From Octopus sinensis (taxonomy: Eukaryota), in assembly GCF_006345805.1 (NCBI RefSeq), contig NC_043005.1, positions 9,672,001 to 9,736,000 of the forward strand: 64,000 nucleotides of DNA. Reading direction: 5' to 3'. The position numbers and the translations under genes are program-made. The notes beneath the pieces were generated by a model, which did not search any database, was not told where the DNA came from, and was given only the letters and a program-made list of their open reading frames with translations. Position 1 is the first letter of the stretch. Each line of letters starts with the position of its first letter. This document shows, piece after piece, positions 52,657 to 64,000 of this stretch.

Positions 52657-54042
52657 TCAGGCAGACAGATTGAAACTAATGCTACCAGGATGTTCTCTCA
52701 TCCTCACACTGACTCACAAACGAATGCTCTTTGTGTAAACACATACACACACTGTGATAATTAGTTGCATGCTTAAGTGTGCGATATAATGTGGCTGTGT
52801 GTATGAGTGCACGCCATTAGCGTTTGCATGGGTGTCTATGGGTACACGTGCAAGTAGAGGTTATTTGACTTTCTTTTATTTTCTCCCTCTTTCTCTCTCT
52901 CTTCTTCTCACACCTTCTCTGTCTCTCGTATTCTCTTTATCTCTGCCACTATTTACCTGTCAATTTCACGCCTGCGTATTTAGAGCAAGTAATTGTCATC
53001 ACAATCAAACATCTATTTATTTTATCATCTATATTCTAATAGCTGTGTTCCTATCTACCTTAGTATAATGTATATGATGACAAGGCCTGGATACGATATT
53101 TTTCAGACTAGCTATGTATCAATAATCGGGTTCTTAACTTCCTTCGTAAACTATGCTTAACAGTACATTCTGTATACAGGTGTTTAAAAAAAATGCTTCT
53201 TAAACCATTTAATTACCAGAACGGATGGTGTGTTACGGCTGGCAATAATTATAGAGCACGGCGCGGTGAGAATAAAATCATGAGAGTGAAGAAACAGGAA
53301 AAGGTTGGAGAATGAAGAATGAAGAGAGAATAAATGAGAATTAAGAATGAAGTGAGAGAAGGAGCAACGAGAAGCATTAAAAGAGGCTGAAAGGAAATAA
53401 ATTATTGCAAGGAAATTGAGCGAGAAAATGCCGACGAAGCTGAATATAATAAGAAAAACGTGAGTTTTTCCTATTATATAATCGAGAAAGAAGGAAGGCA
53501 AAATATGGACGATAATAACAGGTAAGAATATTTTGCACCTGAGGATGAGAAAATAGACTCGAAGAGAAATCATGATTGAAAATATTGGCACTGTCATGCT
53601 TTTAGTTGTCAGAAGTGAAAGTAGTCAACTTCGTGTATTTACGTCAGGTTTATACCTTCGTTAATTTACGTCGTTTATTTACGTACCACCACGCTGTTAG
53701 GTTTATAAAACAATTGAAGTTCAGTTTAAAGTTTATAAATAAATTTGACAAGATTTCCAAGAAACAGATCAAAGAATTGTAAAGGCAGATGAATATGGCT
53801 GACACTGCACCACAAAATAAACCATGGGCTCTGCCAGTCTTTGTTGTTCATGTTAATCATTTCCAGTATCAGACGGCGGCCTTCATTATCTTGCATTCAT
53901 ATACCTTTCTTTTTAAGCGAGATTTGGTAACTATTTCTAGCCTAGTACATAGATTCTCTGTTCGTGTATCTGCATGTGTATATATGCATGTATCCACGTC
54001 TGTATGTTTCTGCATTTTAATTTTTCCTGCTCTTTGCTCTTT

Positions 54043-54250
54043 TGCTTGTTTCAGTCATTTGACTGCGGCCATGCTGGAGCACCGCCTTTAATCGAGCAAC
54101 TCGAGCCTGGGACTTATTCTTTTGTAAGCCCAGTACTTATTCTATCGTTCTCTGTTGCCGAATCGCTAAGTAACGGGGACATAAACACACCAGCATCGGT
54201 TGTCAAGCAATGCTAGGGGGACAAACACAGACACACAAACGCACACACAT
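54043..54250 (-). mobile_element. SINE family B 3' half
   Basis: GTTTCAGTCATTTGACTGCGGCCATGCTGGAGCACCGCC..ACAAACACAGACACAC. Confidence 0.88.
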
Positions 54251-54310
54251 ATTTATATATATATATACATATATATATACATATATATATATATATGTAT
54301 ATATATATAT

Positions 54311-54670
54311 GTAGGCGAAGGAGTGGCTGTGTGGTAAGTAGCTTGCTTACGAACCACATGGTTCCGGGTTCAGTCCCACTGCGCGGCACCTTGCACAAGT
54401 GTCTTCTAGTATAGCTTCGGGCCGACCAAAACCTTGTGAGAGGATTTGGTAGATGGAAACTGAAAGAAGCCCATCTATATATATATATATAGGTGTGTGT
54501 ATATGTTTGTGTGTCTGTGTTTACGTCTCTGTAACCTAGCGGTTCGGGAAAAAGACCGATAGAATTAGTACTAGGCTTACAAAGAATAAGTCCTGGGATC
54601 GATTTGCTCGACTAAAGGTGGTGCTCCAGCATAGTCGCAATCAAATGACTGCAACAAGTAAAAGAGTAAA
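54311..54670 (+). mobile_element. SINE family B
   Basis: GTAGGCGAAGGAGTGGCTGTGTGG head, GGTTCAGTCCC, internal (TA)n, 3' half with a small deletion. Confidence 0.9.
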
Positions 54671-54686
54671 AGAAAATAGTAAGAGT

Positions 54687-54762
<76 letters not shown>

Positions 54763-54766
54763 ATAT

Positions 54767-54818
<52 letters not shown>

Positions 54819-54889
54819 CCTATATATATATATACATATACATATATATATATATATATACATATATGTATATATATATATGTATATGT

Positions 54890-54980
<91 letters not shown>

Positions 54981-55456
54981 GATATAGTTAGATATAGATA
55001 TGTGTGTGTATGTATGTATATATAGGTGTATGTATCTCATATACATTCACAAGTGAATGTACGTCAGTTGTAACACTATGTCGATATGCACTGAAGAAGA
55101 ATGCGTTCACTTATGCAAATATGTCTGTGTTATTGTGTGTGTCTGTGAGTGAGAGTGATTCTCATGAGAAGTTTTCATTTAATGAATATATAAACAGCAT
55201 GTCGTCTTCGCCGGTAATTTGTCAATGTTGTCTTGTGTATGTCAGAAGTATCTAAACAGTCGTAAGAAATTGAAGTCAAATATTAATCACTTATACTTCA
55301 TTCGTTACTTGAAGCAAAAGATTAGTATTTAGGAAGAGCAAAGAGACAGAAAAGTTACAGACCAGTGAAGAGTTGTCAGAGCTTCACTACAGAAGATTTT
55401 GTCTTGATAGCTTGATAGTAAGGTTAGTTGTCGCTGCATTCAGCCCAACAGGAATT

Positions 55457-55876
55457 GGATCTTTTCGGTTTGAACGGCAGTTTTTTCTAGCGGTGTCATA
55501 TGAAATTGTCACTCATAATTATGACGCTAGTATCGATCTATTGCATTTCAATCTGTTTTAGGGTTAGGGTTAGCGGTGGGGGGAAGGATATCTTTTTTTC
55601 TTCACAAATGTAAATAAACCCAATATGTTTCTTAAACGAGGGACATATTCATACGGCACAGAATGTTTTTTTAACTCAATAGACGTATTTGATTGGTTGA
55701 AATTGAAGAAATAGAAGAAAAAAAAAACAAAAAATATCTTACAAACTATAGAATTTTCTCAGTAAAGCCAAGAGAAAAAGATGTTTTATAATCACATTCT
55801 ACCAGTATACGAAGTTTATTTATTTTTAGTTACCTAGAAATTATGTTAAAAACTGCCGTTCAAACCGAAAAGATCC
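55457..55876. mobile_element. MITE with 29-bp perfect TIRs and 8-bp TSD (Merlin-like)
   Basis: GGATCTTTTCGGTTTGAACGGCAGTTTTT at 55457-55485 and its reverse complement at 55848-55876; CAGGAATT at 55449-55456 and 55877-55884. GG termini with an 8-bp TSD fit Merlin. Confidence 0.85.
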
Positions 55877-56510
55877 CAGGAATTTACTAATGCATTCCGA
55901 GTGGAAGTCGAAGAATGGTTTCAAATTCAACTAATTTGAGATTTCAAAATTCAAAACTGATTTTCCCGTAAAGTTTGTGTTTGAAAGAAGTTTCCTTGAG
56001 CCTTTTGCATTCCATACGGAAAAAATTCGGAAATCTGGGTTCCTCACTGAAAATGTTGAGGCATGAGAGACAGAAGGAATTAGTGAACGCATACAGTGTA
56101 TCAAGAAAGATTCTGTGATAAAAGCTTTGATTAATATCTTTTAACTGTCTTTTGATCTTATGTAACACTGCCAAAAATGAGATTATATGGCAATGCTAGT
56201 TAGCAAAGCTCTGTTCCGGTATAATTATTCAATAGTAGGTCAGGTCTATTTCAATATAATTGTGATTGAAGTCTTTCCAATTATGAACTCCACATAATTT
56301 TTCCAAGCGTAATGTATTTAGGTCTATATTATTTAATGTTTATCTAGCTATTTAAAGACGATATGCTTCAGCTCGAGTGATCACCGAAAGTGACATCTAT
56401 GAAACAAACTGGCTAATTCTTATTCAAGATGAAATATCGTCTGATTTTGAACTGTCAGCTCTGCTAGTGAAGCTCACAGTGAATTATTTGTCATTATTAG
56501 CAGGAATCAA

Positions 56511-57110
56511 GGCAACGAGCTGGCAGAAACGTTAGCACGCCGGGCGAAATGCGTAGCGGTGTTTCGTCTGACGTTACGTTCTGAGTTCAAATTCCGCCGT
56601 GGTCGACTTTGCCTTTCATCCTTTCGGGGTCGATTAAATAAGTACCAGTTACGCACTAGGGTCGATATAATCGACTTAATCCGTTTGTCTGTCCATATTT
56701 GTCCCTTTCTGTGTTTAGCCCCTTGTGGGTAGTAAAGAAATAGGTATTTCGTCTGACGTTAAATTCTGAGTTCAAATTCCGCCGAGGTCGACTTTGCCTT
56801 TCATCCTTTCGGGGTCAATAAATTAAGTACCAGTTACGCAATGGGGTCGATGTAATCGATTTAATCCCTTTGTTTCTCCTTGTTTGGTTCCTTGTGGGCA
56901 ATAAAGAAATAAGAATTGTTAGCAAGCTGGACAGAATGCTTAGCGGTTTTTCGACCGTCGCTGCGTTCTGAGTTCAAATTCCGCCGAGGTCGGTTTTGCC
57001 TTTCATTCATTCGGGATCGATGAATTAAGTACCAGTGAAATGCTGTGATCGATGTAAGCGACTATCCTCCTTCCCCCAAATTTCAGGCTTTGTGCTTATA
57101 ATAGTAAGGA
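56511..57110 (+). mobile_element. SINE family A head-to-tail trimer
   Basis: Units 56511-56742, 56743-56911 and a decayed third unit; central domain seen three times. Confidence 0.88.
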
Positions 57111-57134
57111 TATTGGTCAAGTCGCTCCTCAAAC

Positions 57135-57730
57135 TGTCACATGGTTGGGTCATCAGCGACTAAGCTGGCAGCCCCATGAAGCTTGCTTGGTGAGGATTTT
57201 GATTTCTGGACAACCTGCGGGATGAAAAATAAGACCCGTCAAAGGGTGGAAGAACTACTGTGTAGTCAACGGCCAATTCAACAAGCACCTTGTCGCGGTG
57301 AAGTGTCCTCTGTTCCATTGACCCGGAGAGCTATGCTGGAGGGAGAGAAATATTCAGGCAAGTCTTACCAGGCCAGGCCAGGCAGGTCGAACGGTAGGAG
57401 ATAGACAAACCCTTAACGACAATAACTCGAAACGCCAGCAGCAGGGTATGGATTAAGTTATCGGCAGGACCTAACTGATAAGATTCCTGGCTTTGAACTA
57501 GTAGGATGTCATGCAGAGGATCTTGAATACAAGACAATGGATGAGACCCTAATATTCCTAGTTAGATGGAAACAGCGGGACCACATGAAGCAGCGCTCTT
57601 TGACTCCTATAGTATGCACAATCGAAACCCCTATAAATAGGGGCGTACTATGGGACGATCTAGATGAGAGATGAGATGAGGAATTAGACACCTAACTTAC
57701 ATAAAAATATTAAAGCAGACTATATATACA
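57135..57730 (+). mobile_element. Solo LTR (Gypsy-like), 596 bp
   Basis: TG..CA ends (TGTCAC..ATACA), AAAC 4-bp TSD at 57131-57134 and 57731-57734, TATAAATA at 57632-57639, ATTAAA at 57709-57714; more GC-rich than the flanks. Confidence 0.7.
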
Positions 57731-59832
57731 AAACATTTGTAAAACAAGAGTTTAAAACCGAAAAATAAACACCCAATAACAAACTAAAGGGAATAAAAAC
57801 AACTTTTAAATGAATTAATAGGGTGTTTATGCAGGGGAGAGACGAAATAGAAATCATTGTCTGTAGGCTGATAATTGGGTATATGATGCAACCAGCTATG
57901 TTTGATTTATGTTTATGTAAAATTATGTATGCCAGATGGATACGCAGTTTTTGCCGAATGCCTTCGTACTAGTATGATGGGGAAAAAAGGCCCTTTTTTT
58001 AGAGAGTGAGAGACAGAGACAGATAGACAAACAGATAGACAGAACGCGTACGAAAGGAAGGCGAAGTGCCTTCTGGCTATGTGAGAAGTCTTGGTTACAG
58101 GCAGAGAAATATGCATAGTTCCTACAAAAAGGGGCCTCAGCTGTAAGGTTTAATTGTTATAGAGGCCCTGAATGTTTAACTGTGTTATACATTATATCGG
58201 AGCGCTGTTGGTCTGACGTTTTTATTTTGATATATCAGTCCTTAGTAACTCATTGTTTCTACAATTTGATTCTCTCTTGACCGATAGATCATTCCTGCAA
58301 CATTTAGTTCTGGGAAGTTTGTGCGCTTGGCGGTTTTATCTTTATGCGATATAACGAGAAGGTAAATATTTAGGTTAGATTGAAAACTAAGAGAGAGATA
58401 AGAAGGGAGAGAGAGAGAGAGAAACTGACAGACAGGCAGGCAGACAGGGACAGACGGACTATTAAGTTGCAGTTGTGTATAAGAGTGACAGAGGAAAAAA
58501 TATCTTCCTAAGTTTCAAATTTTTGTTGACGTAAGATATTTTCACATGACATATCAAATTCGTATTCTATGATTCGTACTTTGGAAATATATTGTTTTCT
58601 TTCAAAATAACGCCTAAAAGAATGTTAATTTTTTATCATTAACTTTCAAGTTTCCTTACAAAATATTCTCTGTCTAAAGACTCCATTTCCTTCCATTTAA
58701 AATCACATTTTCTCACTGTTCTCTATAGTAGTATACGTGAGTATATAATACAGAAGAAAACTCAATACATTTTCCTCTATTTATTTATTGCAGCTTCTAC
58801 ACGTTTATATGTCACATATATTGATAGGCCATCCGAAAAAGGCCTTTTAAATATTTAACAGTTTTGTTTTTAGCATTTCCTATACAGTAAAATACCTTTA
58901 AATTATATAAATCTAAGTTCGATACTTAATGCATATATTTGTGTATATGCAGTGAGCAAAGGGTAAATATCAAGTCAGATCCATTAATCGTAGTTTAGGA
59001 TCAGAAAATCGATTCTAAAAGATGAGATAAGTGACCAATTAGATAACAACAGAGTCAATGTAGTGTGCTTTCGCGTTTTAGAATATTCTCTCATTCTCTC
59101 TGTATCTCTCTGATTCGCTCTTTCTCTCCCTATCGCTGTATCTTCGCTGCCTTTCTTTTTTTTCACTGGATCACTGAACCAGATGATTAAATATTTTTAT
59201 AGAACAGAATTTAGCTCTCAGAAAACCGATTTTTTTTTTCTTAAAAGAACATACTTCAATACGCATCCATTTATTTTATACTGCCCCACCACGTTCATTC
59301 TATACTAAATTATCTGTAAAAAATCACATTTCTTTGAAAGCTTTCTTTTTTCTTTTATATTACTATTCCACAACAGCAAAACACATAAATTATAGGGAAA
59401 GGAAGCGTGCAACTTAAAAGTATTTTGCATAAGAGGAAACTACATTTTTGTCAAAGAGATTTCCTCAATGTCTGTCAAAGATTTAGAGATGTTTTTCGCC
59501 TTCTTCAATAAATGAAATTTAAACCTTTCCTATACCACAGAATCTATAGTGTGCTAAACACCTTGGTAATATTCAATAGTCGATGCCGAACATTCTCGTC
59601 GTTTGTTGCCATAGTTTAACCATTTATCTGCATTATTTTATTTATATTTCTCTAAAATGTATTTGCTTGTCAATCGTAAAGCGTTAAATTCGACTTTCCA
59701 ATGCAGATACTGTTCTATAAGAACAAAATCACACACTACATTTCTCTCACATGCAACGTATACAAATAGTCACATTCAAAGACATGCTTACAATATAACT
59801 ATATAACGATATAAATGTACAACCCACATAGG

Positions 59833-59893
<61 letters not shown>

Positions 59894-60057
59894 AATTGAG
59901 ATAGGGGTTGTAAATGCAACCCTCCATGGGATAACATATATCCAATATACTGCTAGTGAAGTACCCAACAAAGTTAATACATAAATGTTAAGGATTGCGA
60001 TGCAATCAATTCATTTACTATATGGGCAAAGGTAAAATGATTTACCACAAATTACTA

Positions 60058-60375
60058 ATACAAGATAAGAAAATGGAGAAATAGATCGAAATCAAATATC
60101 AATTACCAGATAATACTCAATCACATACTTTATTAAACCACCACATAAGAGATTGTAGGGCTAAATATAAAAAGCAGAACAAATCAGTGTACATAAAGGA
60201 ATGTACATAAAAGAGTAATGTTGTATAATAAGTAGAATATATATAATAAAAGTATATACATATAAGTAAATATAAATGTAAGTATAGATTACATCTTACA
60301 GCTGTTTCGGCCATGTAGATAAGTATGTCTCATTTTACCAATATTAGCCGTATTTCTCCATTTTCTTATCTTGTA

Positions 60376-60376
<1 letters not shown>
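60058..60376 (-). mobile_element. (TA)n-anchored PLE-like terminus with 26-bp inverted arms and half a hammerhead
   Basis: ATACAAGATAAGAAAATGGAGAAATA (60058-60083) inverted at 60351-60376; minus-strand GGCC-GAA-ACAGCTGT-A at 60297-60312. Confidence 0.55.
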
Positions 60377-60447
<71 letters not shown>

Positions 60448-60527
60448 ATATATTGATAAAAATGGTAAGGCAACAAAAGAATGAAGCTGAGCTCGATATT
60501 ATGTAAATAGAGGAATTTTTCTGCAAA

Positions 60528-60681
60528 TGTAATATGTGACAATTATTCGGTAGCCATGATAAAACTCCGAGTTTCGGATGCCGAGGTGGAAATCCACGCC
60601 GCCATCTCTTCAGTTATCCGGCCATCGGAAAAAATGCTTCGGAGTTTTATCATGGCTACCGAATAATTGTCACATATTACA
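60528..60681. repeat. Fold-back inverted repeat, 43-bp perfect arms, 68-nt spacer
   Basis: 60528-60570 versus 60639-60681; abuts microsatellite. Confidence 0.95.
60558..60618 (-). ncRNA. Type I hammerhead ribozyme motif inside the fold-back
   Basis: Minus: GATAA-CTGAAGA-GATGGCGGCGTGGATTTCCACCTCGGCATCC-GAA-ACTCGGAGT-T-TTATC. Stem I GATAA/TTATC; long stem II with two mismatches and one unpaired C; near-palindromic stem III. Confidence 0.65.
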
Positions 60682-60686
60682 CTTAC

Positions 60687-61150
<464 letters not shown>

Positions 61151-61302
61151 ATATAATATATATATATCATAGCCGATATAACTGTTTATTGGTTGACTGG
61201 CTGGTTTTGTGATGTCTCCAATGAGACTTTATGTCGTATACAGAGTGGGAGACAAGGACAGAGAGGGAGAGAGACTAAGAACAGAGAGAGGGAGAGAAAG
61301 AG

Positions 61303-61348
<46 letters not shown>

Positions 61349-61725
61349 GTGTGTTAACAGGAGAGGTGCATGATGATAGCACATACTAGCCGTGGTTACA
61401 GACAATGAAAATAGAAATGTTAAACACGTACGCGTACGCACACACGATAATAGAGGAATAGTCACTGAGACTGCGAAGAAGCTGCAGCATCAGCAGCAGT
61501 AGCAACAGTGGCAGTAGCAGCGGCAGCAGCGGCGGCGGCAGCACCAGTAGGAGAAGCCGCAGCAGGTGGAATAAATGACAACCCTTTATATAAATGACGA
61601 ATTTCTTTTATTCTCTTTTGAGGTAATAAATATTATTCTTTTAAAAATTTGTGTTCATTTCATCATTTTGTATACACACGAAGAAATCTAAGAAAAGTTG
61701 AATTGTAATTATGAATTATTAATTA

Positions 61726-62008
61726 ATAGGCGCAGGAGTGGCTGTGTGGTAAGTATAGGCGCAGGAGTAGCTGTGTGGTATATAGCTTGCTTACCAGCCA
61801 CTTGGTTCCGGGTTCAGTTCCGCTGCGTGGCACTTTGGGCAAGTGGCTTCTACTATAGCCTCGCGCCAACCTAAGCCTTGTGAGTGGATTTGGTAGACGG
61901 AAACTGAAAGAAGCCCGTCGTATATATGTGTGTGTATACATATATGTGGGTCTGCGCTTGTCCCTCCAACATCGCTTGACAACCGATGCTAGTGTGTTTA
62001 CGTCCCCA

Positions 62009-62010
<2 letters not shown>
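61726..62010 (+). mobile_element. SINE family B with tandemly duplicated head, truncated at (TA)n
   Basis: ATAGGCGCAGGAGT(G/A)GCTGTGTGGTA occurs twice in tandem. Confidence 0.88.
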
Positions 62011-62061
<51 letters not shown>

Positions 62062-62077
<16 letters not shown>

Positions 62078-62425
62078 AAAGGGTTAATTGCAACAAGTTG
62101 CTCAAAACCACATACCGAAAATGCTAGAAATGGCAGCCAGATAGGTCACCATTTCCCTACTAGTAAAAAAGTCTCCACAAACAATCAGGATTTGCAACCC
62201 GTATATGGCAAAAAGGAAGAAAATAACGAAATCACAGCCCTTTTGGGTTAATTACTGACGAAAATTCGTTTCTCGATGAGAACTAGAGGTTCATGTCCTT
62301 GTCAATGCAATATTTCCTATAAATCTAGAAATGCTAGGGGAAAAAAAGACTCACCCATTATACCGGCTAGGTGAAATTTATTAATTTTATTAAATTAATT
62401 ATATTTCACCCTTTTTTTATATTAT
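62062..62425. mobile_element. (TA)n-embedded element related to 60891-61150
   Basis: Starts TATAATAAAGGGT, ends ACCCTTTTTTATATTATA; shares ACCACATACCGAA..TAGAAAT..CAG with 60921-60950. Confidence 0.55.
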
Positions 62426-63618
62426 ATATATATTATATTAAATTAGAGATAAAACCACTATCAGGCAAAACATACAATGAAAAACTTAAGCCAATAGATA
62501 AGATTAAATAATTTATATTAATTTAAATATATATCAAAATTATTAAAAAAAGATAATTAGTATATATATACATATATATCAAGAACAATCTTACTTAGAA
62601 AGGGATATGCGTTCCGTCATATAATATATTAATAAATAAAACATATGCATATATACATACATATATGTACGTACATATATATACTCTACATGTATATATA
62701 TACACACGCATATATGAGTACAGGACACCAAAAAAAAACGTCGAACACAATGAGAAACGAAAACATAGACACAAACCCAAGGAACTGGACATTTTTCTTA
62801 AACAACAAAAAAATAGAGTACAGGACAAATAACACAAGGGAAAAACCCCTTCTTCAGTCGCAATGGTTTCATCTACTCTGCGTTTCGAAGATATATATAT
62901 ATATATATATATATATAATCAAAGGTAGAACAGAGAGAACACAACAAACGGAAGCCAACAAAACACGACATACGGGAAAATAGACGATAGCACGATAAAC
63001 GGTTAACAGGAGAAAAACAAGATACACGAATCATTCGCCACCGATTTCGTCATCCGTCGGAGTCCGGAAAATCCTCGTAGAATCCGGCAGGTACCAGGAA
63101 CTTAAGCTAAAAGCATTAAGCCTCTTGGAAAGGCAAATGAATATATACTAGAACGAAAACCGGAACAGAAACCAAAAAACGAGAAAGCTAGATTTATACA
63201 CGTACAACCGCATGCCTTTCGGCTATGCAATAAGAAGGGGGAAAATTATACATATATGAATACAAATGAGTAAATAACAGAAAGGGTCTCCCGACTATTG
63301 GGCGAATGTAAACATTATGAAATAATAATGCAAGTGCAAGAATAAAAGAATTATACGTATACAATGGACAAATGCCTTTCAGCTATACAACAAAAGGAAA
63401 ATAATTGTACAATTACAAGATAGATAAATTACAAAAAAAAGGTCTTTTGACTATCATACGAGTGTAGTAAGTTGGCGCAAAGGAAATGTGGATAATGGAA
63501 AATCCGGGCGGGAGAACAGGTGAACGCGACCAGTAGTTCATGTTTAGTCATTTCAAAGTATGGAACCGTAGATTCTGTGTTGCTCATTCGACCGGGCCTT
63601 GTGGTGTGAATGTAAATT

Positions 63619-64000
63619 TGTGTGGTAAGTAGCTTGCTAACCAACCACATGGTTCCGGGTTCAGTCCCACTGCGTGGCACCTTGGGCAAGTGTCTTCTGC
63701 TATAGCCCCGGGCCGACCAATGCCTTCTGAGTGGATTTGGTAGACGGAAACTGAAAGAAGCCTGTCGTATATATGTATATATAATATATATATATTGTGT
63801 GTGTATATGTTTGTGTGTCTGTGTTTGTCCCCCTAGCATTGCTTGACAACCGATGCTGGTGTGTTTACGTCCCCGTCACTTAGCGGTTCGGCAAAAGAGA
63901 CCAATAGAATAAGTACTGGACTTACAAAGAATAAGTCCCGGGGTCGATTTGCTCGACTAAAGGCGGTGCTCCAGCATGGCCGCAGTCAAATGACTGAAAC
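63619..64000 (+). mobile_element. SINE family B running off the window end
   Basis: GTGTGGTAAGTAGCTTGC..GGTTCAGTCCCACTGCGTGGCACC..GCCGCAGTCAAATGACTGAAAC. Confidence 0.92.

Noticed and set aside
61485-61570. GC-rich (GCA/GCG)n tract resembling poly-Ala or poly-Gln coding sequence
   Set aside because: In-frame stops nearby and no acceptor site; treated as a triplet repeat.
62240-63080. Further hammerhead-like fragments (CTGACGA at about 62255; minus CTGAAGA at about 62855; minus CTACGA..GAAATCGGT at about 63020-63080)
   Set aside because: Core elements are out of order or lack pairing stems.

Overview
AT-rich, microsatellite-saturated eukaryotic DNA with no recognisable host protein-coding exon. 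The repeat families and microsatellite load look like an octopus (coleoid cephalopod) genome; that is inference from repeat style only. It is probably intergenic or inside a very large intron. Contents: three or more tRNA-derived SINE families in many copies; two 5'-truncated CR1/L2-group LINEs with readable RT (10458-11662 minus, intact 372-codon frame; 41650-43717 plus, frameshifted); Dong/R4-type RLE and RTE LINE 3' fragments; a hAT MITE, a Merlin-like MITE, a Helitron, a solo LTR and a 1.3-kb foldback element. The most interesting signal is a set of type I hammerhead ribozyme motifs in short microsatellite-embedded, Penelope-like termini. The best case is a near-identical direct repeat carrying two hammerheads exactly 474 nt apart (40809-41580), the layout expected for a retrozyme-like self-cleaving or circular RNA. 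Several (TA)n-anchored 43-48 bp fold-back arms accompany these motifs. Nearly all ORFs in the supplied track are microsatellite artefacts. All folds and alignments were done by eye and coordinates may be off by a few bases.
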